Of a stretch of DNA of 64,000 bases, positions 1 through 10,273 are shown piece by piece (within the stretch, counting starts at the first letter, position 1; the number at the start of each line of letters is the position of its first letter). This DNA is from Pseudomonadota bacterium (GTDB lineage: Bacteria > Bdellovibrionota > Bdellovibrionia > Bdellovibrionales > Bdellovibrionaceae). Both the position numbers and the translations under genes were made by a program. The DNA lies in the NCBI GenBank assembly GCA_041178425.1, contig JBEGVH010000030.1, forward strand, positions 64,001 through 128,000, in the 5' to 3' direction. Below the pieces are notes generated by a model that worked only from the letters and a program-made list of their open reading frames with translations, searched no databases and was not told the origin of the DNA.

Positions 1-5
1 GCCAT
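1..5 (-). CDS. Start of a gene running off the left edge (by context probably ExbD/TolR-family AglQ/AglS)
   Basis: Minus strand reads GAGG-ttttt-ATG GC directly after the MotA/TolQ/ExbB gene. Identity is inferred from operon context only. Confidence 0.35.
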
Positions 6-40
6 AAAAACCTCAAGTTAACTTTCTCAATAAGTTAGAT

Positions 41-706
41 TTAGTCTCTAATTTTATCTCGGTTTGCCGCAACTAAATTCAACATTTGCATTGAACTTTC
101 CATCAACTCATTCTCAGCTCGCTGAATCTGCATCTGATAATAGGCGTATGCAACAATACAAATGATCGAAACCATAAGACCGAAAGCAGTACAGTTGAGG
201 GCGTGGGCAATACCGCTTGAAAGTTCCGCTGCTTTTGTTGCGTTGTCTGCGTTGGCCACCGCACCGAATGATCTGATCATCCCTACGATTGTTCCTAAAA
301 GACCGGCAAGAACCGATACGTTACCAAAAACGGCAAGAAATGGAGTCCAGCCTTCGAGCTTAGGAGTCTCTCTTAAAACCGATGCATCCATGGCGACTTG
401 AACTTCCTCGTCGGGGCGTTTGTTCAATACCGCAACCAAACCCGCCTTAATCGTGTTGGTCATTGGCGCCGGTCGCGCATCACAAAAAGCAAGGGCTTGC
501 TTCAAATCGCCCTTAAGAATCATTCCAAAAATATTTTCGTTGAATTCTCGGCGATTGATTCGCGCTGAATTTAACGCCAACCAACGCTCCACAATCAGCA
601 TGATTGAAAAAAGCCCAATCAATGCAATGACGTACATGATGGGTCCGCCGGCCTCAAAAGCCCGTTGAATAAACGGCAAGTTATCGATTTGTTGTTGTGG
701 GTTCAC
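41..706 (-). CDS. aglR: MotA/TolQ/ExbB proton-channel protein (AglR-like gliding motor subunit)
   Basis: Three hydrophobic segments; GLLGTIVGMI and ALNCTAFGL motifs; AAGGAGG RBS before GTG; follows the gltG-like gene. Confidence 0.85.
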   Translation of the reverse strand: MNPQQQIDNLPFIQRAFEAGGPIMYVIALIGLFSIMLIVERWLALNSARINRREFNENIFGMILKGDLKQALAFCDARPAPMTNTIKAGLVAVLNKRPDEEVQVAMDASVLRETPKLEGWTPFLAVFGNVSVLAGLLGTIVGMIRSFGAVANADNATKAAELSSGIAHALNCTAFGLMVSIICIVAYAYYQMQIQRAENELMESSMQMLNLVAANRDKIRD

Positions 707-725
707 ATAGCCTCCTTAACTTAAA

Positions 726-2744
726 CTATTCTTTGTTTTGAAATGTAAATGGGAACAAAACTTCAGCAACGCTGTTAGGTGGTGGATCAGGAAACTGCCA
801 CGTCACTAACTCGTTTTTAAGACAATTTTCAACGGCAGAATCACCCATCGTTGAATTATCAACGCTTGCAGAAACGACCCGGCCTCCCTCGCCAATTTCG
901 AATCTCACGACCACACGGCCGCCAAGCTCTTTCTTGAACCGAAGTTCTTTTTCATAGCAGCGTCTAATGACAGCATGTTTACTACGAATCACTCTTAAAA
1001 CAGCATTACGATCAATGGTTCCAACGAAGCTAGCACCTAGGCCACCAACATCAACAGACACTCCGCCTTTGGTTCCCAGTCCGCTACCAACTCCACCATA
1101 ACCAGAGTTGCCACTTCCACGACCATTAGTGATACCACCACTGATACCCTCGGTCGCAACGCCTTTACCGCCAGCACCAGTGTCTTTAAAAGCAGAACCT
1201 AAATCATCACCGGGACGATTCTTCGCAAAACCTGCCGTGCCCGTCGCCTGATTCGCATCACCAATAATTCCACCGGCACCCTGAACGGCTTGGGCTAATT
1301 TACTTCGCGCTCCGCCACCACCAAAGGTGCTCGTTAAACCAACGGTACTCAAATCAACTGGCTTCTGCGTCTGGCTTGCGTTCGCTCCAGCCTGCTCCCC
1401 TAACTTCACGCCGCCACCTTGTTGAAGCGAAGTGAAATTCTTTTTGGCATTTACGTTTTTATTAGGAGCTGCTTCTGCGGCTTTACTTCCTGCATTGCCA
1501 GAAGCACCAGAACTCGCCGATTTATCGGTGTTTTGAGTTTTAGAAGGAGCCGTTGCCGCTTTTGTTGTTTCACCCAAAACAACTTTTTGCTTCTCTTTGG
1601 GAGGAGTTTCGATTTTAACCGGCGGAGGAGTGGGTGGTTTAGGCATCACCGGCTCCGCTTTAGGCTTCACCGTTGGGTAAACAAATTTAGTCACAGAAAT
1701 AATTTGTGGTTCTTCTTCTTCCTTTGGCACTTCAATTGGGGCGTGAATAGCGTTATAAAGAGCTAACAAACCCACCAAGGCTGCCGCCGACAAGACACTC
1801 GAAATCTCGCCTGTTGTGAAAGGAAGAAATGGCAAAAGAGTCGGCTTTTGAGTTGCCGGAACATAGCGAAAATAAATATTGATGAGGTTCGGAACCAAAC
1901 TCAGTCTAAAGCCTTCGCCTTGCTCGAGACGAAGAACATCGTTTCCGCCAGAACCAGAGGTCAAACGACCTTTCTGTTTGATAGCCGTAAAATCTTGAAC
2001 ACCACTCTCGAGAAGTAGGTCTCCATCCATTCCACTTCGAAGGTTGATTGCAGCCACTCCGGCCTGAAAGTCAACAACCACGTAGTTGCCAATAAAGAGG
2101 CCCGCCGGAAGTGGAATATCGATTTTTTCACCAGAGCCCACAGTCACAGCCTTGTTACCTCTGAAATGGTAGGTCTCTATGATTCGCTCTTTCCATCCAA
2201 CACTGACTTCTAAAACGGATCCCTTGCTAGGTTTGATAACCAGGTTTGCTTCAGGCTCTGCGCTCGGCGGCGCGAAAGTTCCAGCAAGGTCGGGCTTCGG
2301 AAGACTTGCTTCTTTTTGATTAGACGCCTTGTCCACTTTAACCACTGAAGGGCTCACTGGGCTCACAGTACGAGGCGGAGGACTCACTTTTGGGGTAGCA
2401 ACCACCGTTACATTTGTCACCTCAGGTGGCGCTACAATCGGTTTTGGAGCTCCAACACTAAATTGCAAACGAAAGGGGCCGATGTTGAAGTCTTCACCAG
2501 ACTCTAAAACCTCATCTAGAATTTGCTTATCGCCCTTAAAAGTTCCTTGGGTCGATCCGAGGTCGCAAATATAAAAGGTTTCATTACGTTTTTCGATTAA
2601 GGCATGAATAGGAGAAACCTGCGAGTCATCGAGATGAAGATTCACTTCGGCTTGATTACCAATAACGATCTGATCGAGCTGAAATTGCTTCACCTCGACA
2701 ATATGATCTCCCTTAAAAACTCTTAAAATAATTGGCAGATTCAA
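726..2744 (-). CDS. gltG: GltG/PglI-like protein: N-terminal FHA-like domain, single TM helix, Pro/Gly-rich linker, AgmX/PglI (TonB_C-like) C-terminal domain
   Basis: FHA-like VSPIHA/DLGSTQGT; TM segment; C-terminal IRRCYEKEL...GRVVVRFEI...WQFPDP...VLFPFTF. Confidence 0.8.
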   Translation of the reverse strand: MNLPIILRVFKGDHIVEVKQFQLDQIVIGNQAEVNLHLDDSQVSPIHALIEKRNETFYICDLGSTQGTFKGDKQILDEVLESGEDFNIGPFRLQFSVGAPKPIVAPPEVTNVTVVATPKVSPPPRTVSPVSPSVVKVDKASNQKEASLPKPDLAGTFAPPSAEPEANLVIKPSKGSVLEVSVGWKERIIETYHFRGNKAVTVGSGEKIDIPLPAGLFIGNYVVVDFQAGVAAINLRSGMDGDLLLESGVQDFTAIKQKGRLTSGSGGNDVLRLEQGEGFRLSLVPNLINIYFRYVPATQKPTLLPFLPFTTGEISSVLSAAALVGLLALYNAIHAPIEVPKEEEEPQIISVTKFVYPTVKPKAEPVMPKPPTPPPVKIETPPKEKQKVVLGETTKAATAPSKTQNTDKSASSGASGNAGSKAAEAAPNKNVNAKKNFTSLQQGGGVKLGEQAGANASQTQKPVDLSTVGLTSTFGGGGARSKLAQAVQGAGGIIGDANQATGTAGFAKNRPGDDLGSAFKDTGAGGKGVATEGISGGITNGRGSGNSGYGGVGSGLGTKGGVSVDVGGLGASFVGTIDRNAVLRVIRSKHAVIRRCYEKELRFKKELGGRVVVRFEIGEGGRVVSASVDNSTMGDSAVENCLKNELVTWQFPDPPPNSVAEVLFPFTFQNKE

Positions 2745-3022
2745 TTGTTACTCCCAGAGCCTCTTAGCATTTCTCCGCTCTCCACCATTTCAGGTAAAAA
2801 GTGTTCACGAAGTCGAATCAATTTCTTAAAGTTAAAATTCTTTCTCTGAAGGAGGTACATAAGCTCAGGCTTCTGAATACCACCCTCAATCAATTCATCT
2901 TCGAAATTGAGAGTATGCTTTTTCTTGGGCTCCTCATTACTCGTTTGTGCATTAACCGTACTCGCTCCAAAAACAAACGTTAGTCCTACCAAAACAAAAA
3001 TGATTTGCAAAGTTACTCTCAT
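2741..3022 (-). CDS. gltF: CglF/GltF-like small secreted gliding protein (start reassigned to ATG 3022)
   Basis: Signal peptide; LNFEDELIEGGIQKPE...LIRLREHFLPEM motif; GAGG upstream of ATG 3022; lies between gltE and gltG. Confidence 0.7.
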   Translation of the reverse strand: MRVTLQIIFVLVGLTFVFGASTVNAQTSNEEPKKKHTLNFEDELIEGGIQKPELMYLLQRKNFNFKKLIRLREHFLPEMVESGEMLRGSGSNN

Positions 3023-3041
3023 TTTAACCACCTCAAATGCC

Positions 3042-3932
3042 CTACCGGTTTTTACTTTCTTCAGATGCACTGCCGCTAATTGTCTCTTCCATCTTTAAAA
3101 TGGCACTTTTCTTATTTGCCGGCATTCCAAGAAAACGAATTTTATCAAGCATTTCATTCGCTTCCTTGTAGTCCTTCTTTACATAGGTCAAATACAAGGC
3201 GTAATTGAAAGACACAGCAAAATCCGAACCACCCTCTTTGAGAGCCTGTTTAAATATATCTTGTGTATCGCTATCGTTGTCGGCCAATAGAGCCGCGCCA
3301 TAGTTATTGAGGAGTGACACATCTTTAATTCCTCCCTCATAGGCAATCTCGAGATATTTTTTTGCTTTGGAATAATCTTTTCCACCCGCCAAGATGGCAC
3401 CCAAATTAGCCGCCGCAATGGGGTAGTTGGATTTAACGGCTAGGGCTTTACGGTAAAATTCCGTGGCTTGTCGTCGCTCGCCCAACTGACCATAAATCAC
3501 ACCCATATTATTAAGGGCAGCAATGTTTTTGGGTTCTTTATCTAAGATGTTCTTGAGTATCATTTTTGCCAGAGGAGTTCTTCCCTTCGACAAATGAAAA
3601 AGCGCCAACGAATTGAGTGCTTTTGAATCATTTTGATCTTGTGAAAGCACCGCTGCGATAGCCTTCTCAACCGATGCGTCTTGCCCCGAAGTCAAAGCCA
3701 TTTGTACACCGTCGTAGAGCTCATTTTTTGATGGAACGACATCGACAATTGGCGAAGAAGACGATTTTGCCGTGCTTCCAGGTTCGCCGACGACCGATTC
3801 CACGGAGGGAGCTTCAGCCCCTGAAGAGCCACGCTGCCCACTCGTTGTTTTTTGTTTGTTTCCACCGCTCGAGCAACCGACGAGAAGGTGAACCAATAAC
3901 AAAGAACTAATTCCTAATAAGTACTGTTTCAT
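3042..3932 (-). CDS. gltE: TPR lipoprotein GltE/AglT-like (start reassigned to ATG 3932)
   Basis: Lipobox LVGC; TPR repeats (ALNNMGVIY, AANLGAI); ATGA overlap with the upstream stop. Confidence 0.7.
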   Translation of the reverse strand: MKQYLLGISSLLLVHLLVGCSSGGNKQKTTSGQRGSSGAEAPSVESVVGEPGSTAKSSSSPIVDVVPSKNELYDGVQMALTSGQDASVEKAIAAVLSQDQNDSKALNSLALFHLSKGRTPLAKMILKNILDKEPKNIAALNNMGVIYGQLGERRQATEFYRKALAVKSNYPIAAANLGAILAGGKDYSKAKKYLEIAYEGGIKDVSLLNNYGAALLADNDSDTQDIFKQALKEGGSDFAVSFNYALYLTYVKKDYKEANEMLDKIRFLGMPANKKSAILKMEETISGSASEESKNR

Positions 3933-6900
3933 TTGAACCCCATCCAATCTTGATAGGTTTTAGGCATAGCCTCTTGGCCAATATCCAATATAAAATTAGG
4001 ATCCATAGCTCTTACAGCCTCAATCGACGCAAAATAAGCAGAAGTGTAAGCTTCAAGCTCGCGGCCTTTTGCGATGGCTCCGCGATAGCTCTCAAGCGCC
4101 TTCGATGAAAATGGTTTAGCCATTTCACCAACAGCACTCATATATTGCTGCCTGGTTGCCTCGTCTTTGGTGACTTCGGGTGGGACCGGTGCCCCCATGA
4201 GTGCCGAATTCATATGAGCATTCGTGCGCCCTAGTAATTCTAACGCCCCAACCACCTCTTCAGCGCTGTCGTATTTGACAATTTCAGCAAGGCCTTGATT
4301 CAACTTATTTACTAATTCCAATTTTTGCTCCGCCACTTTTTTCATTTTAGCGGTATTTGCTGGAAACTTTAAAGCTGTTAGATTCGAGTACAACTGTTCA
4401 ATATTTTGAAGCTTCACTTTAGCCGCAAAGCGAGCGCCTGGTCCTTTGAGTCTGGGCACTAAACTTTGTTGCACCTGCACAACCTTTGTACGCCAATTAG
4501 TAGCTTCGCCTTTACTATTTAATCGAGAAAAGCTCTCTGCTGTATTGAAGTGAGACTCAACAATCAGATCGGGAACCTTTCCGATTTTGATATACTCTTT
4601 GTAATAGCCAATGGCTTTACTGTACTGCTTGTTTCGAAATGAAAGGTCGGCCATTCGGTAATAAATGTCGGGTTTCTCTACCGCCGAGGCTGTTTTTAGA
4701 TAAGTTTCATAATTCTTAATCGCCTTACTAACATCATTGAGCCCATCGTAAAGAATGGCTGCATTGTAATAGTAATCCTGAGACTCTTTTGTTCCAGGAT
4801 TTTTGTCGCCGGCAATCACATAGGCCAATGCCGCCCGCTGATACATTCCCAAATCTTGATACATTTTAGGTAGCAACCGAATGGCTTTAGCGTGCAAAGG
4901 AGGAGCTTCTTTGGTCTTATTTCTCAAAACCGCTTCGAGTGAAACCACCGACGGCATAATGCGCCCTGCTCGTTGGTAGTTAACACCAGCATTAAACTGA
5001 GCTTTCAAAACAAGTGCTGACTTAGGAAACTTTTTTGCAAAATCCTCATACCTTTTTGCGCTTCCAATGTAGTCTTTTTTTGCCTCTGTATCCTCACACG
5101 CCTTGAAGCTCGCTCGTTCGAGAATGTTTCTGATCTGACCGGCCGAGGCACTTTGAGAGAGCTCTTCGTTGGCAAGAAGTTCATTCCCTACACGCTCTAA
5201 TCCAACGAAATCTTTTCGAAGGTTATACATATCGAGCAGAAGATTCGAAGCATATTCAGCCTGCTTTGACTTCGGGTGGAGTTTAACCACCTCACGAAAT
5301 ACCCTTTCAGCCTCTGGGAAATGGTTCGAAAGGTAATAGAGTCTTCCGATTTTGAATCGAAGCTCAACATTCTTATCACCTTTTTGAAAATTCTTGAGAT
5401 ACCACTCTCCGTTTTCGATAAACTGCTTAACCCGTGGATCTAACTCCAGCGCTGTCGTTGATTGACCCACTCTCGCCTGCATTTGCTGCTCAGTGGGAAG
5501 ATTTTTTTCAAGACCTAAAACCATGTTGATGGCTGCTTTTGGACCATATTTGCTCTGAGGAGCATTCTTTGCTACCCAAGCGTATTGCTGAGCCGCTTCG
5601 CCGTATCTCTCCATATCGTACAATAACTCACCATAAAAGAACATCATGTCGGGATAGTTAGGCGAATCCTGAAACTCAGCCAGGTACAGCTTGTATCCAT
5701 CGGCCGCTTTCTGTTGGTCTACTTTGCCGTGAGATTTTTGCGCAGACTGATGGTGCTGAAGCGTGTAGGTTTTCAAGAAATTTTCAAGTGTTTTATAGCT
5801 CGAATCCATGAGGGCCTTATTTTCGCGATTGTCTTTTCGCCAATCTGATTTGGGGCCATATTGCTTAACAAAGGTGTAGAGCTCCTCACGAAACTTCTCT
5901 GTGTTAACCAAATTGAGATAGTTGTTCACAATCTGATACTGATAATCAAAAGCCTTTGTGTTGGATCGATCCAAAGCAATTAACTGTTTAAACAGCATAG
6001 TTCCTTTGTCTTTTTCGCCTTTGTCGCTGTAGTAATAAGCTAACTTCTCAACTTCTTTGGGAGCGTTCGCCTCACCAAGAATTCGACTAAAATAATTTAA
6101 GGCTTGGTTAGCATCACCGCCCTCGACATAAAAAACAACGAGGTCGCGTCGAGCTTCATCATCGAGCTTTGCGATCTTTACCTTCTTTTTGGCCGACTCG
6201 GCACCCAAGCGAATGAGGACTTCAAGATAGCGAAGGCCCTCTTTGCTTTGTCCAAGACGATGATAGCACCAGGCCGCCTTGTAGAGCGAAATTCCAAAGA
6301 GGCGAGACGACTTATTGACTATTACCTTCTTATAAGAATCAAGGGCCGTTTCAAATTTATCTAAATCAAAATAATATTCGCCGATAGAAAAGTGAGCTTC
6401 GCCTACATACTGGCTTTTTGGATACTCGCTCGCCAATCGAGCGTAGTAACCAGCACCCTTCTTAAAATCGTCCATTGCAATATAGTTAAAACCTAAAAAG
6501 TAAAGGGCCTGATCCATTTTTGGATCAGTTTTGAAGTCTCTTATAAAATACTCATAAAGCTGAATCGACTTCTTGTTATAGTCGTTGGCCATCCCCAAAT
6601 CGACCGTTGGCTTGATGGAGATTTTCTTTTGATTAAAGAGGGCTAGCTTTTCTTCATACTCATCTTGTCGTCGAGCACGAATATAATCTGCTTTCTCAAC
6701 GTATAGTTCGGCCAATCGTAGCCATAACTCGCCTCGGTTTGGACTATTCTTCATTTTTTGAGTAATTTTGAAGAGTTCCTGAATTTGACGATCGGTGATC
6801 TTCTCTAACTCAACGCGATCCTTACCATATTTTTCAACATTAATAACTTCCTGAGACTGCGTTGGTTTGATCGAATTAAAATTAACCCGTTCGCGCTGTT

Positions 6901-7078
6901 GCTGAACCTGCGGCGCTAGGGTGGGCAGAGCTAAAGCCTCTTTCGACATCACTGGGGCCGAACTTCCCCCTGTTTTTCTCAATTTTTGGAACATGTCTCC
7001 GATGGTTTCTTCAGCATAGGCAGACAGCGAAATTCCTAAAACAGTAAAAGTAGCAATAAATATTTTTTTAGTTTTCAC
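3929..7078 (-). CDS. gltD: Large TPR protein GltD/AgmU-like (likely GTG start at 7078)
   Basis: Signal peptide; many TPR repeats (LWLRLAELY, DQALYFLG, SLYKAAWCY); about 1050 aa; operon position. Confidence 0.75.
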   Translation of the reverse strand: MKTKKIFIATFTVLGISLSAYAEETIGDMFQKLRKTGGSSAPVMSKEALALPTLAPQVQQQRERVNFNSIKPTQSQEVINVEKYGKDRVELEKITDRQIQELFKITQKMKNSPNRGELWLRLAELYVEKADYIRARRQDEYEEKLALFNQKKISIKPTVDLGMANDYNKKSIQLYEYFIRDFKTDPKMDQALYFLGFNYIAMDDFKKGAGYYARLASEYPKSQYVGEAHFSIGEYYFDLDKFETALDSYKKVIVNKSSRLFGISLYKAAWCYHRLGQSKEGLRYLEVLIRLGAESAKKKVKIAKLDDEARRDLVVFYVEGGDANQALNYFSRILGEANAPKEVEKLAYYYSDKGEKDKGTMLFKQLIALDRSNTKAFDYQYQIVNNYLNLVNTEKFREELYTFVKQYGPKSDWRKDNRENKALMDSSYKTLENFLKTYTLQHHQSAQKSHGKVDQQKAADGYKLYLAEFQDSPNYPDMMFFYGELLYDMERYGEAAQQYAWVAKNAPQSKYGPKAAINMVLGLEKNLPTEQQMQARVGQSTTALELDPRVKQFIENGEWYLKNFQKGDKNVELRFKIGRLYYLSNHFPEAERVFREVVKLHPKSKQAEYASNLLLDMYNLRKDFVGLERVGNELLANEELSQSASAGQIRNILERASFKACEDTEAKKDYIGSAKRYEDFAKKFPKSALVLKAQFNAGVNYQRAGRIMPSVVSLEAVLRNKTKEAPPLHAKAIRLLPKMYQDLGMYQRAALAYVIAGDKNPGTKESQDYYYNAAILYDGLNDVSKAIKNYETYLKTASAVEKPDIYYRMADLSFRNKQYSKAIGYYKEYIKIGKVPDLIVESHFNTAESFSRLNSKGEATNWRTKVVQVQQSLVPRLKGPGARFAAKVKLQNIEQLYSNLTALKFPANTAKMKKVAEQKLELVNKLNQGLAEIVKYDSAEEVVGALELLGRTNAHMNSALMGAPVPPEVTKDEATRQQYMSAVGEMAKPFSSKALESYRGAIAKGRELEAYTSAYFASIEAVRAMDPNFILDIGQEAMPKTYQDWMGFK

Positions 7079-8633
7079 AGCTTTGCTTTCCAACATAGAA
7101 GTAATTTCCTATTTCATCGAGCCAGAATTCGCCTGTAAATGGCCAGTATTCATAGCCGTTTTTCACGTAGTAATTGCGGTCGTTAGAATCATCCACTCGA
7201 ACTTGATTTCTCGGAGACTCTGTCATTTTCTTTTGCAGCAGATCTTTTTGCAGACCAATCATCTCGTAGCGAAGGTAAGAGACTTGTTCATCGAGATCTC
7301 TGAGCTCTCCCTTAATGTAAAGAAGATGGATTCTCGTTTTGATTCCGATCAGCTTTTGCGCGGTTTTAATACGACCAATGAGTAGTTTTGTGGTGTACTT
7401 GCCTAGAGGAGACTCGAGGTAACCAAGGGGCATTGCTTCCATTTTCTTCTTTTCTTCGTAGAGATGTCTTAAATAGTCGAGTCCACGATCGATATCGGGC
7501 TTACCGATGATATAGCGTACAACTTTATACGGAATTCGTCCTTCGGCCATCTTACGACTGTTTTGAAGGTTCTTTTTATTGAGTAAACCTCGCTCCACTT
7601 CATCGAAATAAGCGCGAGGATCGTTTGTCGTTCTCAAGAAATCAACGATTTGCTTTTGAATACTTCCATAAGAAGTCTCAAAGAGATTCACGACTTTATT
7701 TACCTCTTCATATTTACAGATATAAAGGTAAACAATCGCTCTCAGCACCAGCGATTCAGGCACATAAAAATCATCGTAGTAACTCGAATGTAGCGATTGA
7801 AAATTGCCCAGAGCCGATCGAAAGCGCCCGTCTCTTAAGTCTGCCCACGAAGATTCAAAGAGGGCACTGTGCCAAAGGGTATGGTCACGAGGCACTTTAC
7901 GATAGAGATCTAAACTCTTTTCCCACTCTTTCTTTTGATAGTAGGTCCGGGCAAGCGCCATGAGAACCGCCACTCGAGTGTCGTTAGTGATTTTTCTTTT
8001 TTTGGCAGTGAGTAGTGCCTCAAATTTTCCAATGGCCGCATCGAGATCTCGCAACGTCGCAAAGCTTGTTCCTGCCATGTACTGAGCCATATCGGAGTAT
8101 TGGCTGTCGGGACTTACTCGATCAAAGGCCTGAATGGCTCCTTTGTAGTCTTTATTTCGAAACTTGATTTCACCCATTCGAAAGAAAAGCATGTCTTTTT
8201 CTTGGGCCGGAAAATCAGTCACTTTCATTTTTGAAATGGCATAATTCAAGATTGTTTCGTCGCCCAACTGATCGGCCGCTATCGAGAGAAGCTGCAGGCC
8301 TCGCTTAGTAAAACGATCATCATTAATGATAACCACATTAGCGAATTGCCAAGCTGCCACCTGCGGAAACTTTAAATCCATAAAGATTTTGCCGAGAGTC
8401 AGATACAACAAGGCTCGGTAGGGTTTCACCTCTGGGCGGGTGCGCATGGCAAAAAGAGCAGTTGCCGCAGGAATCATTTTTCTTTTCTCATACATGTCGA
8501 GCGCCGACTTGAGTGGCGCATAGCGAATTCCTGAGTAATTAACTTCTACATTTTGAGCGTGAACCCGAGGTGTTGCCACCAAAAAAGCAGCAGCCAACGA
8601 CCAACAGAGAACCGGTATTGATAGATTTTTCAT
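7068..8633 (-). CDS. gltC: TPR protein GltC-like
   Basis: Signal peptide; TPRs; ALFESSWA...ALGNFQSL; C-terminal YWPFTGEFWLDEIGNY motif typical of GltC. Confidence 0.75.
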   Translation of the reverse strand: MKNLSIPVLCWSLAAAFLVATPRVHAQNVEVNYSGIRYAPLKSALDMYEKRKMIPAATALFAMRTRPEVKPYRALLYLTLGKIFMDLKFPQVAAWQFANVVIINDDRFTKRGLQLLSIAADQLGDETILNYAISKMKVTDFPAQEKDMLFFRMGEIKFRNKDYKGAIQAFDRVSPDSQYSDMAQYMAGTSFATLRDLDAAIGKFEALLTAKKRKITNDTRVAVLMALARTYYQKKEWEKSLDLYRKVPRDHTLWHSALFESSWADLRDGRFRSALGNFQSLHSSYYDDFYVPESLVLRAIVYLYICKYEEVNKVVNLFETSYGSIQKQIVDFLRTTNDPRAYFDEVERGLLNKKNLQNSRKMAEGRIPYKVVRYIIGKPDIDRGLDYLRHLYEEKKKMEAMPLGYLESPLGKYTTKLLIGRIKTAQKLIGIKTRIHLLYIKGELRDLDEQVSYLRYEMIGLQKDLLQKKMTESPRNQVRVDDSNDRNYYVKNGYEYWPFTGEFWLDEIGNYFYVGKQSCEN

Positions 8634-9460
8634 CGGTATGTTGCTCCTGGAAAGAGAATTAAGACTCCAATGCCGAGGTAAAGATCGCTGATGGTTCTTT
8701 TTTTGCCAGTATCGTTGAGCGCTCCGGTTGTGCTCACTTCAGGAACTTTTGCAGTATACTGAACATTGCTAAAGTCCCAACGCCAAGCAAGGCTCTTTGA
8801 AAGGGCAAAGATTTCTCCCGCGCCCAAGTGAACACTTGGAGCGGCTTTGTCGATATAAGAGGTTTCGGTAACCCCGCCACCCACAGAAACATAGAGATCA
8901 TAAGGAATGATTCTCTTGTCCATAAAAGTCATCTTGCCGTAAAAGGGAACAAACAATAAAGAAGCCCCCATATACCCATTACTACTGAGCATCGTTTTGG
9001 TAGTAATATTGTATTTCGAAGAGAGATCGGAAGTAACTAGTCGATCTGAAACTTTGTGGCGCCAGTAGTTTAGCTCCAAGCCAATCGTTTCGGTGAAGAA
9101 AAAATTCAGTCGCGCATTGACACCATAGGTATCAAAGAACGGATTGTTTGTTAGAAAGTTTAAGCCCCCATAAAGTTGAAAGCGATAGCTCTTTGGAAGA
9201 AACTTTTTCTGAATAATACTGATATCAGAAAAATTTGATAATTTTGGAAGCTCTTGAAAAGTGACGGGTTTGTTATCTTCGGAACGTCTCTCGGTTTCTG
9301 AAGGAGCCGTCTGATTGGCCTGTTCCTCGCCACGACGACTCATTTCTGACTCGATGGAATCAAGATCTATATCTGCCTCAGGTGCAGCCAATGCACAAAC
9401 CCCAACCAATGAGGTCATTAATACTGAACTGTTGATTAGCCGTTTCAATCCATGAAACAT
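8630..9460 (-). CDS. Outer-membrane beta-barrel protein (GltA/GltB-like)
   Basis: Signal peptide; amphipathic beta strands; IIQKKFLPK and PFYGK motifs; C-terminal LILFP. Confidence 0.7.
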   Translation of the reverse strand: MFHGLKRLINSSVLMTSLVGVCALAAPEADIDLDSIESEMSRRGEEQANQTAPSETERRSEDNKPVTFQELPKLSNFSDISIIQKKFLPKSYRFQLYGGLNFLTNNPFFDTYGVNARLNFFFTETIGLELNYWRHKVSDRLVTSDLSSKYNITTKTMLSSNGYMGASLLFVPFYGKMTFMDKRIIPYDLYVSVGGGVTETSYIDKAAPSVHLGAGEIFALSKSLAWRWDFSNVQYTAKVPEVSTTGALNDTGKKRTISDLYLGIGVLILFPGATYR

Positions 9461-9532
9461 GTCACTCCCCTAACCTTCTTTTAGAACCCGGTTTCAACAC
9501 CATCAAATAGGGTACCCAAATTTTATTTACCC

Positions 9533-10273
9533 CTAAAACAAAAAGACAAGACCTCCGGTGATGTGAGTCAGCAGATAGTTTGTCGTTTCAAAATCAGAAA
9601 TTTTTAAATTGCCCGATTTTAAATCATTAATGGAATCGTTTTGAGATTTACCGCTGGGTTTATAAATCGGGTTGGGGCCAGTGAAGCGCACCATCTTTAA
9701 GTCAAATCGAAGCGCTAGATTTTTAGAAAAATAAAAGCGTTGTCCCAAACCAAAATCAAGAGCCATTTGCGATAGTCCATCGTACATGACTGTACCCAAG
9801 CCAACGAGACCATAAATATGGGTATTAACCACGAGATTTTTCAAAATGCTCAGTTTACCGTAAAAACCCGTGAACTGGTAACTCGCAAGCATATAACTCT
9901 TGGGCCCAAAAGCATTGGTTAGATCGAGCTGAACAGCATCTTTGAGGGCTTTCGCATAAACCCCTGTTCCTGAGCCCATCATGCCATAACTCACGTTGAC
10001 CCCATGAAATTCGTCAAAATGGTAAGTGCCCAGTAAGCCAAATTGCATTTGATTAAAAATGGCCTCATCAGACACTGAACCCAAAAAGCCACCCAATTCA
10101 AATTTATTTGCCACAACGACATTGCGATTTCTCACACTATTAGGAACATCAAACCGAGGGAGAACACTCTCTTTTGCCAATTCCTCTTCGGGAAAAGCCA
10201 TTGTTTGCGCCAATCCACTGATTGAACCGCTAAAGATTGCCATGAAAGTGAGGAGTCCATAAAACGATCGCAT
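9533..10273 (-). CDS. Outer-membrane beta-barrel protein (GltA/GltB-like), paralog of the adjacent gene
   Basis: Signal peptide; beta-strand pattern; FYGKLS motif; C-terminal Phe (GLVFLF). Confidence 0.7.
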   Translation of the reverse strand: MRSFYGLLTFMAIFSGSISGLAQTMAFPEEELAKESVLPRFDVPNSVRNRNVVVANKFELGGFLGSVSDEAIFNQMQFGLLGTYHFDEFHGVNVSYGMMGSGTGVYAKALKDAVQLDLTNAFGPKSYMLASYQFTGFYGKLSILKNLVVNTHIYGLVGLGTVMYDGLSQMALDFGLGQRFYFSKNLALRFDLKMVRFTGPNPIYKPSGKSQNDSINDLKSGNLKISDFETTNYLLTHITGGLVFLF

